64,000 nt of DNA from Mesotaenium endlicherianum (Eukaryota): assembly GCA_009602735.1 (NCBI GenBank), contig WELA01001939.1, forward strand, positions 422,846-486,845. The letters run 5' to 3'. The notes beneath the pieces were generated by a model. The model was not told the DNA's origin. It worked only from the letters and a program-made list of their open reading frames with translations, and did no database searches. Position 1 is the stretch's first letter. Each line of letters begins with the position of its first letter. Positions 22,388 to 37,300 of the stretch are shown piece after piece. The translations under genes and the position numbers were made by a program.

Positions 22388-23862
22388 GGTGACACGCTGA
22401 AGAGGCAGTCAGTAAGGGAGGCTGGTCAGGTTCAGTTCCCTTATTTAAAATTTCTGCAGTTTAATGTTGTCGAGGCGACAACAAGTTAAGTTGGAGGGAT
22501 TGTAATGAATCAGTATATTAGTGGATATAATATTCATTTAAATATAATAGTTAATTAAGTTCAGCCTGCTGAACTTTAGTTAATAGTCAGTCTGCTGGAC
22601 TTTACATAATTATCAGTTTGCTGACTCAGTCGAAAGCAGCAGGCTGAAAGTCCATATAAGTCAGCTTGCTGACACATTCTTTGACAGCAAGCTGACTTCC
22701 GTACTCGGTAGCAGCGAACTGCCTTGATATGCATCTAAGTGCGATATGCTAGATGAATGGCCAGATGACATCCCTATGATGGATGGCTATTCGGGATGAT
22801 GGGAGATGGCGGTGGATTTGGTTAACCGAGGTCCTACCAACGTGGTTAACTCCCGGGTAGGCGGTGCCATCGCACTGACCGTTGAACAGTAAACTCATTC
22901 CATGTACATATGCTAGGCATTGCTCTCGAGTTCGGCATTCGGAAACGAGGCCAACTCTCTTGTACAGCTTACTGAGAGAGATCTGAATCCAAGGCGAGAA
23001 GCCATTGATACGCACTGTCTTCTAACCTTGCTTATGTATGAGTTTACTGATTTGCATTATTAATGCTAGTTTACTCTCATTTGACTGACGAGTAGTATTC
23101 CCTGCTAGTGTATTGTCCTTTGCCGTTTAACGAGTTAACGGAAATACCATAAAGATTACTTGCTGATATAAAGATCTTTATTAATTGTTAATCGCCTATT
23201 TGGTAAGTCGATTCATTTCACAGCCTGCAAGAACAAGAAAGAGGAAAAAATGACATTAGACACTCGTCTCTTCTCGCAGTTTCTGAACAGAAAACTAAAA
23301 CTGCTACTGGTGATAGGTCTCTGTATAATAAATTCTGAAAATTTACCTGGCTGTAGTCCATGAGTAGCCGGTCATCATTTAGAGTCCAAGTTTGCTCAAT
23401 TTGGAGCACTGGTGAGAGAGATATGATGCTCTAAGTAGAAGGGGGTCAGGCTGCTGGCATTATTAGGACAGAATATGCCTTTTGACATTGTGCCCTCCCC
23501 TGAACTTGGAATGCTCTGAAACTCAAGACACTGGTAGAACATCTTACAACGCCCATTTTGAAACTTACTTTGCAGAATTTGGACAAGTATAGAAGAACTT
23601 ATGATTTTCAGAAGTTTCTGCACAGATTTGGAAGAGTGCCTACTCTCTCAGCTCTCAACGACACTCCAGAAATTAGAATGCTCTCAAATTTGGTGACCCG
23701 GTAAAGTTCTCCGACGCGGTCTGTCTGGCACTAGAATTTTAGATTTGAAGCAGTTTTGTGGACGCTATGAAGTTTTGAATTTGTGGCAGATTCTAGGCCA
23801 AGTTGTACAATTTTCTTTATCATCAAGGAGTAGGCTAGCCAATAAGGTCACACCACCCAATA

Positions 23863-24150
23863 ATGTGCACATTATTCTAGAAAGAGGTGGCAAGTTTTGG
23901 GATGTGTTGGGTGCCAACACATCAATATACACCTTCCTAGAAATTACTTATTTAGCAAAAATATAAATAAGAGCTAGAACATAGAAAGACATTCCAGAAT
24001 CACTCTTATACATACCAAATTCCAGAAATACATTAACTTTCAAGAAGTCATCTTTCTTTCAAGAAGCTACCACTTGTGTACAAAGATCCTTGTTTTGAAT
24101 AGATAAAGTATTCTATTTTACTAAGTACTTTATCTATCTGTTTCACTACA
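23863..24150 (+). mobile_element. 5'-truncated family A LTR
   Basis: Matches 8668-8955 and ends CACTACA. Not followed by the CTTGA TSD of element A. Confidence 0.85.
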
Positions 24151-24257
24151 CCCATGAAATAAATCTTGCTTAGTCAATATAAATATATTTCATTTAAATA
24201 CATAAGATCAGAGATAAGTGGAAGCATTTAAAATCCGGGCGCAATCTTTGCCCTTAT

Positions 24258-26394
24258 CACTAGATAGCCCAAGCTAATACACACTTTTTGGTGCAAATAT
24301 AGCATAAGCTTGCTATTTTTTTGAACTCTTAATAGTACTCCAATGATGTCTTGAGACATAGATTTGGAAAGGTATAAGTCTCACCATTCTGGTCATATAA
24401 CTTTTTTTTTTAAATAAATTTGATGAATTATTAATTGAATGTAAAGACAAGTGAACACGATCGCCTATTTTTTGTCAATTTTCAAGAACCTCTTGGGGCT
24501 AGCTCTTACAACTCCAAGCATTTGGATTTTGGCCAGAGGTGGCTACACATGTTCTTAGAGGATGTACCAAATTTCAGACATCTAGTCAAAGTATCTTATG
24601 AGATACAATTTTTATCGAAGTTGCTCTCTAATATGCGACGCTTTTTTTTTTGGGTGCATTTAGAAGCCAAAAGTGTGAAATGGCTAAATGAATTGTTGTG
24701 AAATCAAAGTAGGAGTTCATAAATCCATAATTTGACCACATCTTATTCATTGCATAAGGATATTAATTTATTTATTTTTTTAATTTTAAAATATTAAGAA
24801 ATGAATGAATGCAATTAATATTTCACTTTTACCTATAAACTACACAAATCACATGTTTATAGAAAGTACAAAATTCAAAATGTCAACTAAGCATAAGGCA
24901 TCTAACACACTCTTGGACACAAACACATGGCATCATACATCTTACTTCATAAGAGAATTGCACCATTTGAAGTCATGCTAAAAAGTCGTCGATATGCTAT
25001 TCCTTTGCCCTCACCTCTCGTGTAGGACCTACATCCAAGTGGTCTATAGCTAGGCAAAGTTATAGGCCCCTTCTGAAGCTTTTTCCAAAAGTGCTTTAGA
25101 CTGGGAAGAGCATGCAGGCCCATAGCTATGCACAAACCATGAAACACAACAATTTCAGTGGTCGTGCAAGGAATCCAGCCCCTAACATTATGCTCAGCTG
25201 CATATGCATTAGTCTCTCTAGCTAGCTGGTCAAAGAGCCACATGGGCATGAATAAGCACAACACGCTAAAGGGGGACAGACCTCTAAAATTCTTGGCCGA
25301 GATGCCTTGAAGCCCATGGTGATGGTCACTAGAGGGCTTCAATAACATGTCCTCATATGTCTCTCCAGGGGCAGCCTCCCTCCAGCTCCATTCTTCAAGG
25401 AGCTCCTCAGCAACTCCATTGTCTTCTTGCATGCTTAGGGGTAGCACCTGTGCATCCTCCTCGTCCGAATCAGATTCTGAACTTTCGGCCTCAATGGCAG
25501 TGCCTGCATCACTTTCAGAGTCCAGAACTTTGGACTTTCTTTTTTCTTTCCTATCTGCTGCTGTCTGTGCTTGTTTGAACTTGCTCCTTTGTGCAGGAGT
25601 TGTTATCCTACTCACACCTAAAGGCCTCCCCCTCTTTCTCTTCTCGGCCACAGACGAAAGTTCCTCACTCTCATCAAGTTCCTCATCAGGCAAGGATAAC
25701 TCTAGTCTAAGAGGAACAAGCGGGCCTGCCGAATCAGGCTGTGAGGGCTGGCTGTCAGGCACACATGATACTTTCTTCTTATACGCACCCGCGGCTAAAC
25801 ATTGCTCAAACCCGTTGTCGGCGTTAAGATGACCCTCTACAAACTCAGCAGTAAACTTTACCTTTGTCCCATCATACTCAAACAAGACTTGAAAGAGAGT
25901 GTCATCCTTCTTCCCCTTCATTTCTTTCTTTACCTCTCCTCTCAAAAACACTTGTTCACATTCATCACCGAATTGCTCATATGCCCATACTCGTTCGAAA
26001 TAAACTGAACTCACAAATATGTACAACCCTAGCATAGGACTCCTAGAACTCTCTCCTACAGCCATGGCGGACGAATTCAAGAAGAGCGACAAAGAAGAAG
26101 GAAGAAGCAGTTGCTGTCAGTCGTGGAAAACTGCAATTCGAACAGACATTGAACAGGCGAAATTGATTTCAATCCAGATTTTGGATCGTACGTTTTCACC
26201 TGTACCTTTGTCTGTACTCGTCGATTTTGTTTGCGAATTTAATCGCAGAATCCTTGCGATGTTCCCAATCGTTTGAACCTAATTCTGTAAAAAATGATTA
26301 AATATACGTAAAATGCTAGCCTAAACCAGGGAGCTCTCGAAATGCACCAAAATATGTGTGTTGCACCAAATGTGGTTCAATGGGCTATCTAGTG
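24258..26394 (-). mobile_element. piggyBac-like DNA transposon 1, internally deleted
   Basis: Perfect 14-bp TIR CACTAGATAGCCCA / TGGGCTATCTAGTG, 4-bp TSD TTAT, subterminal TGCACCAAA repeats. The host LTR sequence resumes on both sides. Confidence 0.92.
24947..26065 (-). pseudogene. Truncated piggyBac transposase (N-terminal half; catalytic DDD region deleted)
   Basis: PFSVLCLFMP...LARETNAYA...W...TTTEIVVFHGLCIAMGL..LPSLKHFW is the start of the piggyBac DDE_Tnp_1_7 domain; similarity ends after GPITLP. Confidence 0.85.
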
Positions 26395-29300
26395 TTATGA
26401 ATTTCGTTTACTCATCTTTACGTCTTGACTCATTTACCGTAGTGTACTATAATTGCACACTAACTCAAAGTACAAGAAAGAGGAGAACTTGAGGACTAGA
26501 GCTTCTCCTTTCAAAACTCAAGGCCTCTTGCCTACCAGGCTTACAAGCATGTATAAGCATATACACAACATTAGAGGGCTGAATAGCAAAGGCGCTCTCA
26601 TTCAGATGACCATAATATAGCTAAAACACATCCCATTGACTTAGGTGCAAAACCATGGAATTTGTCTACTATGTGACCCCGAAATATCAGAGGGCATGAC
26701 TCTGTCAATGCTACTCCAAATTGAGCAAACTTAACGACAACAAATGCATCTTGACAAGACTTTTCCAAAAAGTCCTACTTTGTTTTATTTGGAGCACAGA
26801 CGAGGGAGCCATGTCAATTTCCGTGAAAGCTGGTCATATAACGAACCCAAAAGTGCACACATCACTTGCAAGTAGAAATCCGACTCTAAACCCTACTGTC
26901 CAGAATAAGGGACCACAAGATTCCAACCTGCTATGTACCTAGTGACCACCTGGTTGACCACGGCGCAAGGTGCGCCGTTTTGTGGGAAACTCGTTAAGTT
27001 GGGACCAACGGATTTAGGTATAACGATCATATTAATTGGTCGGTTGACTGAAGTCCTAACTGTTCAGCTAAATGACCACGGTTCCGCCTACCCAGGATTT
27101 AACCACACTGGTAGGACATCAGTTCACAGAATCCAAGTCAACCTCCCGACTTTCAGTGCATTACAAATCGGTCACATGTGCCAACATACAAATAATTATC
27201 TAAATAAATATGTCTATTCTCAGCGTACTGAGTCTAAGTATACTAACTATCATTATGGAGCTTACTATATATCAACCTACTGATGTTGTGTTTTACATAT
27301 ATATCTTGATAATTTCAACAAAGTACAATATGATACAAAAGTCATCCTGTTGACCTTTTCGACAAAGTCAGCAACTACACTATAATATAAAAGTCATCCT
27401 GCTGACCTTTTCAACAAAGCAAGTGTACTCGAATTATCTCAACATATTCATTTCGATGAACTCGCACATGTGAATATATTGACATGTTACAAATTTAGTG
27501 TTGTATTTATACATGCATTTACTTAGATGAATAATAAACTGATTCATTACAGTCTCCCCAACTTAAATTATTGTCGCCTCGACAACACTCAGCATACGAT
27601 TCATTTATTTAATAGTAGACTTCAGTCAATCAGGTGAAGCAAAGCAAGTAAACAAAATATAAGCATGATATTTTCACTTACTCAATGCAAGTAAAAATTA
27701 CTCACAGCAAACTGTCATGCAAGCAACCATCTGACTTCACAATGATAACTGAAGACATGCATGGACTTATCCCTACTCTCAATAGTCCTTTCAAGTGAAC
27801 AACACAATAGGGCACATCACCCATGCAAACACCACACCCCAATCAAACAGCCTTTTCTTGAGGTCAAAGAGTGAAAGAATGTTATTAAAGCTCAGCCTAC
27901 TGAAGTAAGCTTTTTCTCCTTCTCCTGGTCTTCAAATCCGTGCCGTGCTCAATCCTTGAAAGCTCCTCACAAGCAATTTCTTGTGAATTAGGTACCTGCT
28001 CAATATTTAGCGTACTGAAGACAAAGGGAGACCAACAATTTTGATAGCCTTGAATGCCCTTACAAGATAGCATCTGGTTATTAAGTCCAAGAAATTTTTT
28101 AATTTTAACCACATTTCCAGAGCACACAAAATTCAAAGAAACATATGGTTGTAAGCAATATACTGGTCACCTCAAGCAGTTCCCTGATGTGTCCTGCATC
28201 ATGGCTATCCAATCCAACTCATGGCAATATACTTACTCAGTTAGTACGTATACTTGCTCCAATAGTAAACTGCAACCCACAGTTTACACCAGTCAATCAC
28301 TGATGCTCCTGATATTAATGCAGTCCATATATAGGATGTGGCAGTGTATGACTCAATTAGTAAATACACTTGCTGTTGGGTATGCAGGTAAGCACAGCTT
28401 ACTGAATACTCCTAATACACATCCCATCTCCCTCTTTCCAACTTAAAGAGTTGTCGACCCGACAGCTCTAACCACATATACACACCAAGAAGTGCCTACA
28501 ACACCTCATTATAAGAACACACACAGAGTGACTGTAACAGAGGATTGCAGAGGCACGAGTGGGTGGAGGAGAATCAACAAAGGAAAACGAAGAGAGGACA
28601 CAGATTGCAAATTCTCAAGTAAGCAAGAAAGAAACTCCCCCCCCCAAAAAATTAGTCCATTTTCAAAACTAAAGAAATGCCTAAAGTGGCATAGTGAAGA
28701 GTTTATTGCCATTCAGACCCTCTCACCATAAAGTTTTATCTCTGAATATCCCAAACGCAAACCAGCATATCGCACTCCTTCATTTGAGAGTGTAGATAGC
28801 TTGCTATGAGATAAAGACAACCGACCCCATTGCAGGTTTTATCCAAATACCAAAGAGTAGCTCAGTTAGCTGACTCTCCCAACGCATACATACGATGACT
28901 CATACTAGTCATACATAGCAAGACATACACCAAAATGACAACCACCCAATAGGGAGAGTCAACAATCCAAGCGAAAAGGGAACAGAAACAACCAATTGTA
29001 TCATAGTTCTGATGTTTCAGGATACTTCCTCCTTCAGGCCTTATTGCTTGAAGTTGCCTAGAGGACAGGTGGGGAAGCGTCACGTGGCAGCGTCTAGCAT
29101 GCCAACTTCTCGGCCTCTCTCGACCTGTATGCCACTATTGCTTCACACGCTGCTTGCTGGTCTCAGTCTGTTGAACAAACAACAAACAAGTGTGTGGATT
29201 ACCTTCAATGAGCTAAGCTACGCGTGGTAAACACCACATTCTAGCTGCATCACTCTACTCAAGATCTGATGACTCCATTACATAATTCCCAGGAGGGCAA

Positions 29301-31366
29301 GGCAAACATTGGGATCACATAGACTCAACCGATGACAATGGGCAAATTCAATATAGCTCAAAAGTAAGTTCCTCTCTAGGGGCACATACATGGCACCTAT
29401 TCCATTGCAGCAAGCACTTAGCAAGCCAATAACAACAGAGTGCATAAATCATGGGTAAGACTTTCGCACTGTAACCCCAAGCTAGCAAGAAGAATGTTTG
29501 TGCATCAGACTGAACAAGATCATTCAAGCCATGCATTGCGAGAACGTCCATAATGTCGATGGTCTCTTCTGTCTTTACTTGGGTGTGCATAATCAATCTA
29601 TTACAGCAGGGCCCATTTTACACCTGCTCTATGGTATGCTAACGGCTATCCACTACCTCTAGCACCCGGGATGCAAATTCCATACTCGCGACGCATATAC
29701 GATGCATCTTGCATGCTACCTAGCATGCGTCTCTAGCGAGCTCAATTAGCTGCAAGGCCGGCAAAAACTTAGCACATTGCTAATATGCCCACATCGTCCC
29801 TATGACAAAGACGCAACCTTCCTTACACTTGACCAAGTGTACAGGTGGCATCCAAAATATACAGCCAACTGGACCTAAGACAAGTAGTCAAACTCCCTCT
29901 AGTATCCACGTTGACTTCACATACAACAGTCAACATACCGTACAGAGCCAAGTCTCGATATGCTGATTTATCTGAATCTTGCGCTGGCTCCAACAAGCCA
30001 CAATCCCATAGTAAGACATGCCAAACACCAAGCATGGCAACACCCAAAGCTCATTCAACTTCGGCACTCAAAGTACTCATGAACCGCGGCTGCTCTCGAA
30101 CACTTAACCCTTTATAAGCCATGAAAAATAAAAGAGTGTCAAAGGAAAACCCTTGCGTCCATAAACCCAAGCCCTTAACACTAGGTGTACCACAATCCAT
30201 ATATGGATCTAGATCCATTTATGGTTTCATATTGGCCTCTTTTTCTATGGCCATTTTTTACTAGAATTGATAACTTTTTCAAAAAAAAAAATGCAGCGGA
30301 CGGTCGGCTATAAGGTCAAGATAGTGGGCAAAATCAACCATCCTTGATTCGCCCAAGTATAGCACCTCTTATCGCAAAAAATTGAGAAGTACAAGTCAGT
30401 TTTTTTGATATTTATCCTTTTTTTTGTTCATTTCTTGCAAAATTTTTAGCCATGGCTGACACTCCGGACACCGTAGTGCTCGAAAATGTTAGCGAAGGCA
30501 CCCAAATTTTGGTATTTTGCCAGTTCTGGGGTCCTAAGTGGGCCAGAACAGCTTTTGGGGAGGGTTACAATGAAATTTACTTGTTGGGAAGGTTAAATCA
30601 AGAGGTGAAGGGGAAAGATAAGAAGTTTGCATAGAAAGTCTTTTTCGAGTTTGACAAGGACAACAAAATATAGGACCCAGTTGTTGTCAGATTGTATTTG
30701 CCTAAAATACCAGAGATTTGGTGGGTTACTCTCAAACCAAGAGTTATTAGGATCAGCAAGACCACTGCAAATCCACCTTGAAGTCTTGCAAACAAAGTGG
30801 ATGAGTTAGACTTACCTTTGGAGATTTTGGCTGCAAATCACAGGGCACAAATGAAGAAGCAAAAAAGGTTAGAAGCTCAAAGGCTAACAGCACAACAAGC
30901 AAGAGCAAGCACATCAAGAGGCAAGAAGGATCATTATGTTCAGCAGCAGCAGCAGGAAGAGGGAGAGGAGGATGAGGAGGAGGAGGAGGAGGATGAAGAC
31001 TCTGAAGAGGAGGAGCAAGAGGAGGAGGAGGTGCTAAGGAAAAGGGGCAGGCCCTCTAAGCAGAGGGTAATAGACATGAGTGTCCCAGAGTTTAGGAAGG
31101 AGAAGAAAGCCAGAAAGACAAAGCTAAGATTAGAAGCAGGGAAGGCAGCCAGGAAGTCTTACAGGAGGAAGGTAGCTGTGGACTTTGATGCGTCGGAACA
31201 TGAGTCAGATACTGACTTGGAGCTGGAGAACAATCCTCTGGATGAAGCTGATGAGCCTGAGAGTGTGCTGCATGACTTGGATGACACACCTTCCGACAGG
31301 TTTGCCCCGGTGAGCAGTTTGACTGGTTGAAGAAGCCAGTGCCTCCTCCATCTACAAGTCTGCAGA

Positions 31367-34300
31367 TGTAATGAATCAATTCATTATTTATTTAATTAAT
31401 TACATATATAAACATAACACTTAATTAATTGCATATATAAACATAACACTAAATAAGTATTATGTCTATATACTCACATGTGCGAGTTCATCTAAATGAA
31501 TGTATGTCGATGTAATGCGAGTTTACTTACTTTGTCAAAAAGGTCAGCAGGATGACTTTTGTACCATAGTGTAGTTTGCTGACTTTGTTGAAAAGGTCAG
31601 CAGGATGACTTTTGTATCATAGTATAGTTTGCTGAGATTTATATATCAGTTATATATAGGATATAATATCAGTAGGTTGACATATAGTAAGCTCGCTTGA
31701 TATTAGTCAATATACTTAGCTTCAGTACGCTGAGGATAGACATATTCATTTAGATTGTTATTTGTAGATTGGCACATGTGACCGTAGTATACTGAAAGTC
31801 GGGAGGTCGACTGAGATTCGGTAAACCGATGTCCTACCAGTGTGGTTAACTCCTGGGTAGGCGGAGCCGTCGTCAGTCAACCGACCAATTAATATGGTCG
31901 TTATACCTAGATCCGTGGGTCCCAACTTAACGGGTTTCCCACGAAACGGCGCACCTTGCGCCGTGGTCAACCAGGTGGTCACTAGGTACATAGCAGGCTG
32001 GGATCTCGTGGTCCCTCATTCTGGACAGTAGGCTTTACAGTGGGATTTCTACTTGCAAGTGATGTGTGCACTTTTTGGGTTCGTTCTAATTACCAGCCTT
32101 CACGGAAATTGACATGGCTGCTTCGTTTGCGCTCCAAATGGAGCGAACTAGGACTTTTCGGAAAGGTCTCGTCAAGATGCATCCGTTGTTGTTGAGTTTG
32201 CGCAATTTAAAGTAGTATTGACAGAGTTATGCCCTCTGACATTTTGGGGCCACGCAGCGGACAGATTCCATGGTTTTTGCACCCAAGTCAGTGGGATGTG
32301 TTTGAGCTACTTTATGGTCATCTGAATGAGAGCGCCTTTGCTATTCATTCCCCTGATGTTGTGTATGTGCTTACACATGCTTGGATGCCTGGTAGGCAAG
32401 AGGTCATGAGTTTCTAAAGGAGAAGCTCTAGTCCTCACATTCGCCTCTTTCTTGTGCCTTGTATTCGCGTGCAACTATGGCACACTACGATAAGTGAGTC
32501 AAGGGTTATAGATGAGTAAACGGAATTCATTATAAGGGCGAAGATTGCTCCCTGATTTCACACGCTTCCACCTATCTCTGGTCTTTTATATTTAAATGAA
32601 ATATATTAATCTTGAAATAGCAAGATTCATTTCAGTGGTATCGGAGCTGAAGTCCTTCTTGAATGTCCGTGCTCGTCTTCTTTGTCTCAGGAGGAAAGTG
32701 TGTGACGCTTACTTGTGTGGTATGATGAGTCTAGGTGGAGCTTGGGGAAGTGTACGATGTAGAGCATTGTACATCCTGTCCAGGATCCTTCCACTTGCTC
32801 ACCTAGAGTGTCTCCGGGCTCAATGTACTATGCGGCATACTAACTTGACTTTCCTAGCCTCTTGTGTACGGATCCACGCATGGAGAAGCCTAAAGTGGAG
32901 GCTTGATGGACGAGGTGTCTGCAAGCATCAAGGGCAGCCTCAAGGGAGTTGCATCATAGCAAGCTGGATATGACTCATTTACCTCCCTTGATCATGTCGT
33001 TGTGTGTTGTTCTATGCAATCCACGGCGAGCATAGAGAGGGGTGTGCACTCCAGCGGTGCTAGAGGACTTGTTAGTCTGTTGTGCTAACCCTTCGGGTTT
33101 AAGCTTGTTGCTTTGCAAGAGACGTACCTCTCTCATTATGTGTGTGGTAGCTAGGTTGAGGGAGCTTGGATATGGCTGCATGTGTTGAGCAATTGAGACA
33201 GTGCGTGCACACATGATTTACTAACTTAAGTTTTCAAGTATGGATTACGACAAGTTTTCGTCGCCACGGTCCAAGTGCACTACGTCGTCCACAAGCTTCA
33301 GCATGCTGCAACTTCTATGAGAAGAGGCTTCCATAGCAACAATGGCATCCTACAGATACCCTCTATTCCCAACCATGGCTGTGACATTGTGTGCTCCTCT
33401 CGTTTGCCACATTGACGTGGGCTGGAAGGTTTAGGGTATGTGCCTTGTGCTTGAATGCTATGTGTGAGACGGTGCTTTGGTGGTACTTGATGGGATCGTA
33501 GGAGCTTGGGGTTTAAGCTTAAGATAAGTCTAGTCAGTGTGCAGAGGCTTTTGGATGCGGATCTTATGTGATTGCCTAAGTTGGTCTGCTGGATTATTTG
33601 ACCCAATGTGGTTAAAAGGGTTTAAGAGCTTGGGTGTATGGACGCAAGGACTTTCCTTTAACTCTCTTTAGTTTGCATGACCTATTAAAGGTTAAGTGTC
33701 CGAGAGCAGCCGCGATCAATGAGTACTTTGAGTGGTTGAGCTGAACGAGCTCTTGGTGTCGCCATGCTTGGTGCGTGACATGTCTTACTGTGGGATTGTG
33801 GCTCGCCGGAGCTAGCGAGATAATCAGATAAGATGAGCATATCGAGACTTGGGTCTGTACGGTGTGTTGACTGACGTATGGAAAGTCAACGTGGATACTA
33901 GAGGGGGTTTGACTACTTGTAGTGAAACGGATAGATAAAGTACTTAGTAAAACAGAATACTTTATCTATTCAAGACAAGGATCTTTGAACACAAGTGGTA
34001 GCTTCTTGAAAGAGAGATGGCTTCTTGAAAGTTAATATATTTCTGGATTTTGGCAAATACAAGAGTGATTCTCGAATGTCTTTCTATGTTCTAGCTCTTG
34101 TTTATATACTTGCTACATAAGTAATTTCTAGGAAGGTGTATGTTGATGTGTTGGCACCCAACACATCCCAAAACTTGCCACCTCTTTCTAGAATAATGTA
34201 CACATGTCCTTTTGACCTAAAAATGGCACATCTGACTTTTGCCACATGGAGTTCTTCTAGGTCTTTCCTCTAACTTCGAAAATGCCTTGGAAGGTTCAAA

Positions 34301-37300
34301 GGACATGAACCAAGTTACTAGAGTACCTATTCACACTTGACTCCACACAATACTACTCCAAATATATTTAAAAACATTAAAATATATGCGAACAAATATA
34401 TAATAACTCAAATCACTACACTACTTGCCTTAGGTCCAGTTGGCTATCTGTTTTTGGATGCCACCTGTACACTTGGTCAAGTGTAAGGAGGTTTGTGTCT
34501 TCGTCATAGGGACAATCTGGGCATATTTGCAGTGTGCTAAGTTTCTGCCGGCCTCGCAGCTAACTGAGCTCGCTAGAGGCGCATGCTAGGTAGCATGCAA
34601 GATGCGTTTGTATATGCGTCAGGTGCATGGAATTTGCATCTCGGGTGCTAGAGGTAGTGGATCGCCGTTAGCACACCGTAGAGCAGGTGTAAAATGGGCC
34701 CTGCTGTAATAGATTCACTATGCATACCTAAATAAAGACGGAAGAGACCATCGACATTATAGACGTTCTCGCAATGCATGGCTTGAATGATCTTGTTCAG
34801 TCCAATGCACAAACATTCTTCTTGCTAGCTTGGGGTTATAGTGCGAAAGTCTTACCAGGGATCTATGCACGTTGTTGTCATTGGCTTGCTAGGTGCTTGC
34901 TGCAATTACAATAGGTGCTATGTATGTGCCTTTAGAGAGGAACTCGGTTTTGAGCTATACTGCGTTTGCCCACTGTCATTGGTTGAGTCTTTGTGATCCC
35001 AATGTTTGCCTTACCCTCCCGGGAACTATGTAAGATGGAGTCATCAGATCTTGAGTAGACTGATGCAGCTAGGGTGTGGTGTTTGCCACGCGTAGCTTAA
35101 GCTCATTGAAGGCAACTTACACACTTGTTTGTTGTCTGTTCAACAAACTAAGACCAGCAAGCAGAGTGTGAAGCGATGGTGCATACAGGTCGAGAGAGGC
35201 CGAGGAGTTGGCATGTTGGATGCTGCCACGTGACGCTTCCCCACCTGTCCTCTGGGCAACTTCAGGCAGTAAGACCTGAAGGAGGGAGTATCTTGAAACA
35301 TCAGAATTATGATACAGTTGGTTGTTTCTGGTCCCTCTTCTCTTTGATTGTTGACTCTCACCATTGAGTGGTTGTCATTTTGGTGTATGTCTTGCTAGGA
35401 ATGACCAGTATGAGTCATTGTATGTAAGCATTGGTAGAGTCAGCTAACTGAGCTACTTCTTGGTATGGATAAACTTGCTAATAGGGCCGGTTGTCTTCAT
35501 CTCATAGCAAGCTATCTACACTCTCGAATGGAGGGATGTAATACGCTGGCTTGAGTTTGGGTTATTCAAGAATAGAGCCTTGTGGTGAGAGGGTCTGAAT
35601 GGCAGTACACTCTTCCCTATGCCACTCCGGTCATTGATCTAATTTTGAAAAATTGACTATATTTTTTTGGGAGGGAGGGACTATCTTTCTTTTTTTTGCT
35701 TACTTGGGTGTTTACACTTTGTGTCCTCTCTCGGTATTCCTTTGTTGATTCTCCTCCACCCACTCGTACCTCCGCAATTCTCTGTGCCTGTCACTCTGTG
35801 TGGTTCCTATGATGCGGAGTTGTAGGCACTCTTTGGTGTGCTTATGTGGTTAAAGCTGTCGGGTCGACAACTATTTAAGTTGAGGAGAGGAAGATGGGAT
35901 GTGTATTAGGAGTATTCAGTAAGCTGTGCTTACCTGCATACTCAGCAGCAAGTGTATGTACTAACTGAGTCATACACTGCCACGTCCTATGTATGTACTG
36001 CATTAATATCAGGAGCATCAGTAACTGACTGTTGCAATCTGTGAGTTGCAGTACACTGTTGGAGCAAGTGTACGTACTAATTGGGTAAGTACATTGCCAT
36101 ACATTGCATTAAGTTGGATTGGGTAGCAATGATGCATGGCACATCAGGGAACTGCTTGAGGTGACCAGCATATTGCTCAAAACCATATGTTTCTTTGAAC
36201 TTAGAGTGTTCTGAAAATGTGGTTAAACTTTAAAATTTTCATTGGCTCATTAACCTGATGTTACTCATCTTGTGAGAGCATTCAATGCCATCAAACCAGT
36301 TGGTCTCCCTTTTCCTTCAGTACGCTGAATTTTGAGCAGGTACCTAAGTCACAAAAAAATTGCTTGTGAGGAGCTTTCAAGGTGTGAGCACGGCAGGAGT
36401 TAAAGATCAAGAGAAGGAGAAAAGGCTTAGTTCAATACGCTGAGCTTTAATAACATTCTTTCATTGTTGGACCTCAAAAGGAGGCTGTTCGATTTGGGTG
36501 TGGTTTGGATGGTGTGAGGTGCTCTATTATGTCTTTTAATCGAAAGGACTATTGTGAGTAGGGATAAGTCCATGCATGTCTTCAGTTAATGATTGTGAAG
36601 TCAGATGGTTGCTTGCATGACAATTTGTTGTGATTGATTTTTACTTGCACTGGATAAGTGAATATATCACGCTCATGTTTTGTTTGCTTGCTTTGCTTCA
36701 CCTAGTTGACTGAGTGTATTATTAAATAAAGGTATCATATGCTGAGTGTTGTCGAGGCGACAACGATTTAAGTTGGGGAGATTGTAATGAATCGAATTAT
36801 TATTTATTTAATTAATTGCATATATAAACATAACACTTAATTAATTGCATATATAAACATAACACTAAATAAGTATTATGTCTATATACTCACATGTGCG
36901 AGTTTATCTAAATGAATGTATGTCGATGTAATACGAGTTTACTTACTTTGTCAAAAAGGTCAGCAGGATGACTTTTGTACCATAGTGTAGTTTGCTGACT
37001 TTGTTGAAAAGGTCAACAGGATGACTTTTGTATCATAGTGTAGTTTGCTGAGATTTACATATCAGTTATATATAGGATGTAATATCAGTAGGTTGATATA
37101 TAGTAAGCTCGCTTGATATTAGTCAATATACTTAGCTTCAGTACGTTGAGGATAGACATATTCATTTAGATTGTTATTTGTAAATTGGCACATGTGACCG
37201 TAGTATACTGAAAGTTGGGAGGTCGACTGAGATTCGGTAAACCGATGTCCTACCAGTGTGGTTAACTCCTGGGTAGGCGGAGCCGTCGTCAGTCACCTGA

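Larger units (their letters stand above)
14401..23220 (+). mobile_element. Full-length Ty3/Gypsy chromovirus, family B, intact ORFs, with an extra 3' ORF
   Basis: LTRs 14401-15145 and 22501-23220 (TGTAATGAAT...ATTCATTTCA), TSD CAGCC, PBS 15147-15158, PPT 22488-22499. Confidence 0.97.
8454..23862 (+). mobile_element. Ty3/Gypsy chromovirus, family A, decayed (contains a nested A LTR and element B; own 3' LTR not intact)
   Basis: 5' LTR 8454-8955 (TGTAGTG...CACTACA), PBS TGGTATCGGAGC 8957-8968, then gag, protease, RT, RNase H, integrase and chromodomain. The 3' region resumes after element B at 23226. Confidence 0.9.

Noticed and set aside
23863..24150. True 3' LTR of element A
   Set aside because: No PPT, 5'-truncated, and not followed by the CTTGA TSD or the rest of the B' LTR.
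24258..26394. CACTA/EnSpm transposon
   Set aside because: Despite CACTA ends, the TSD is 4 bp and the protein is piggyBac-type.
31530..31640. CRISPR-like repeats
   Set aside because: Plain ~52-bp tandem duplication within an LTR; no spacers; eukaryotic context.
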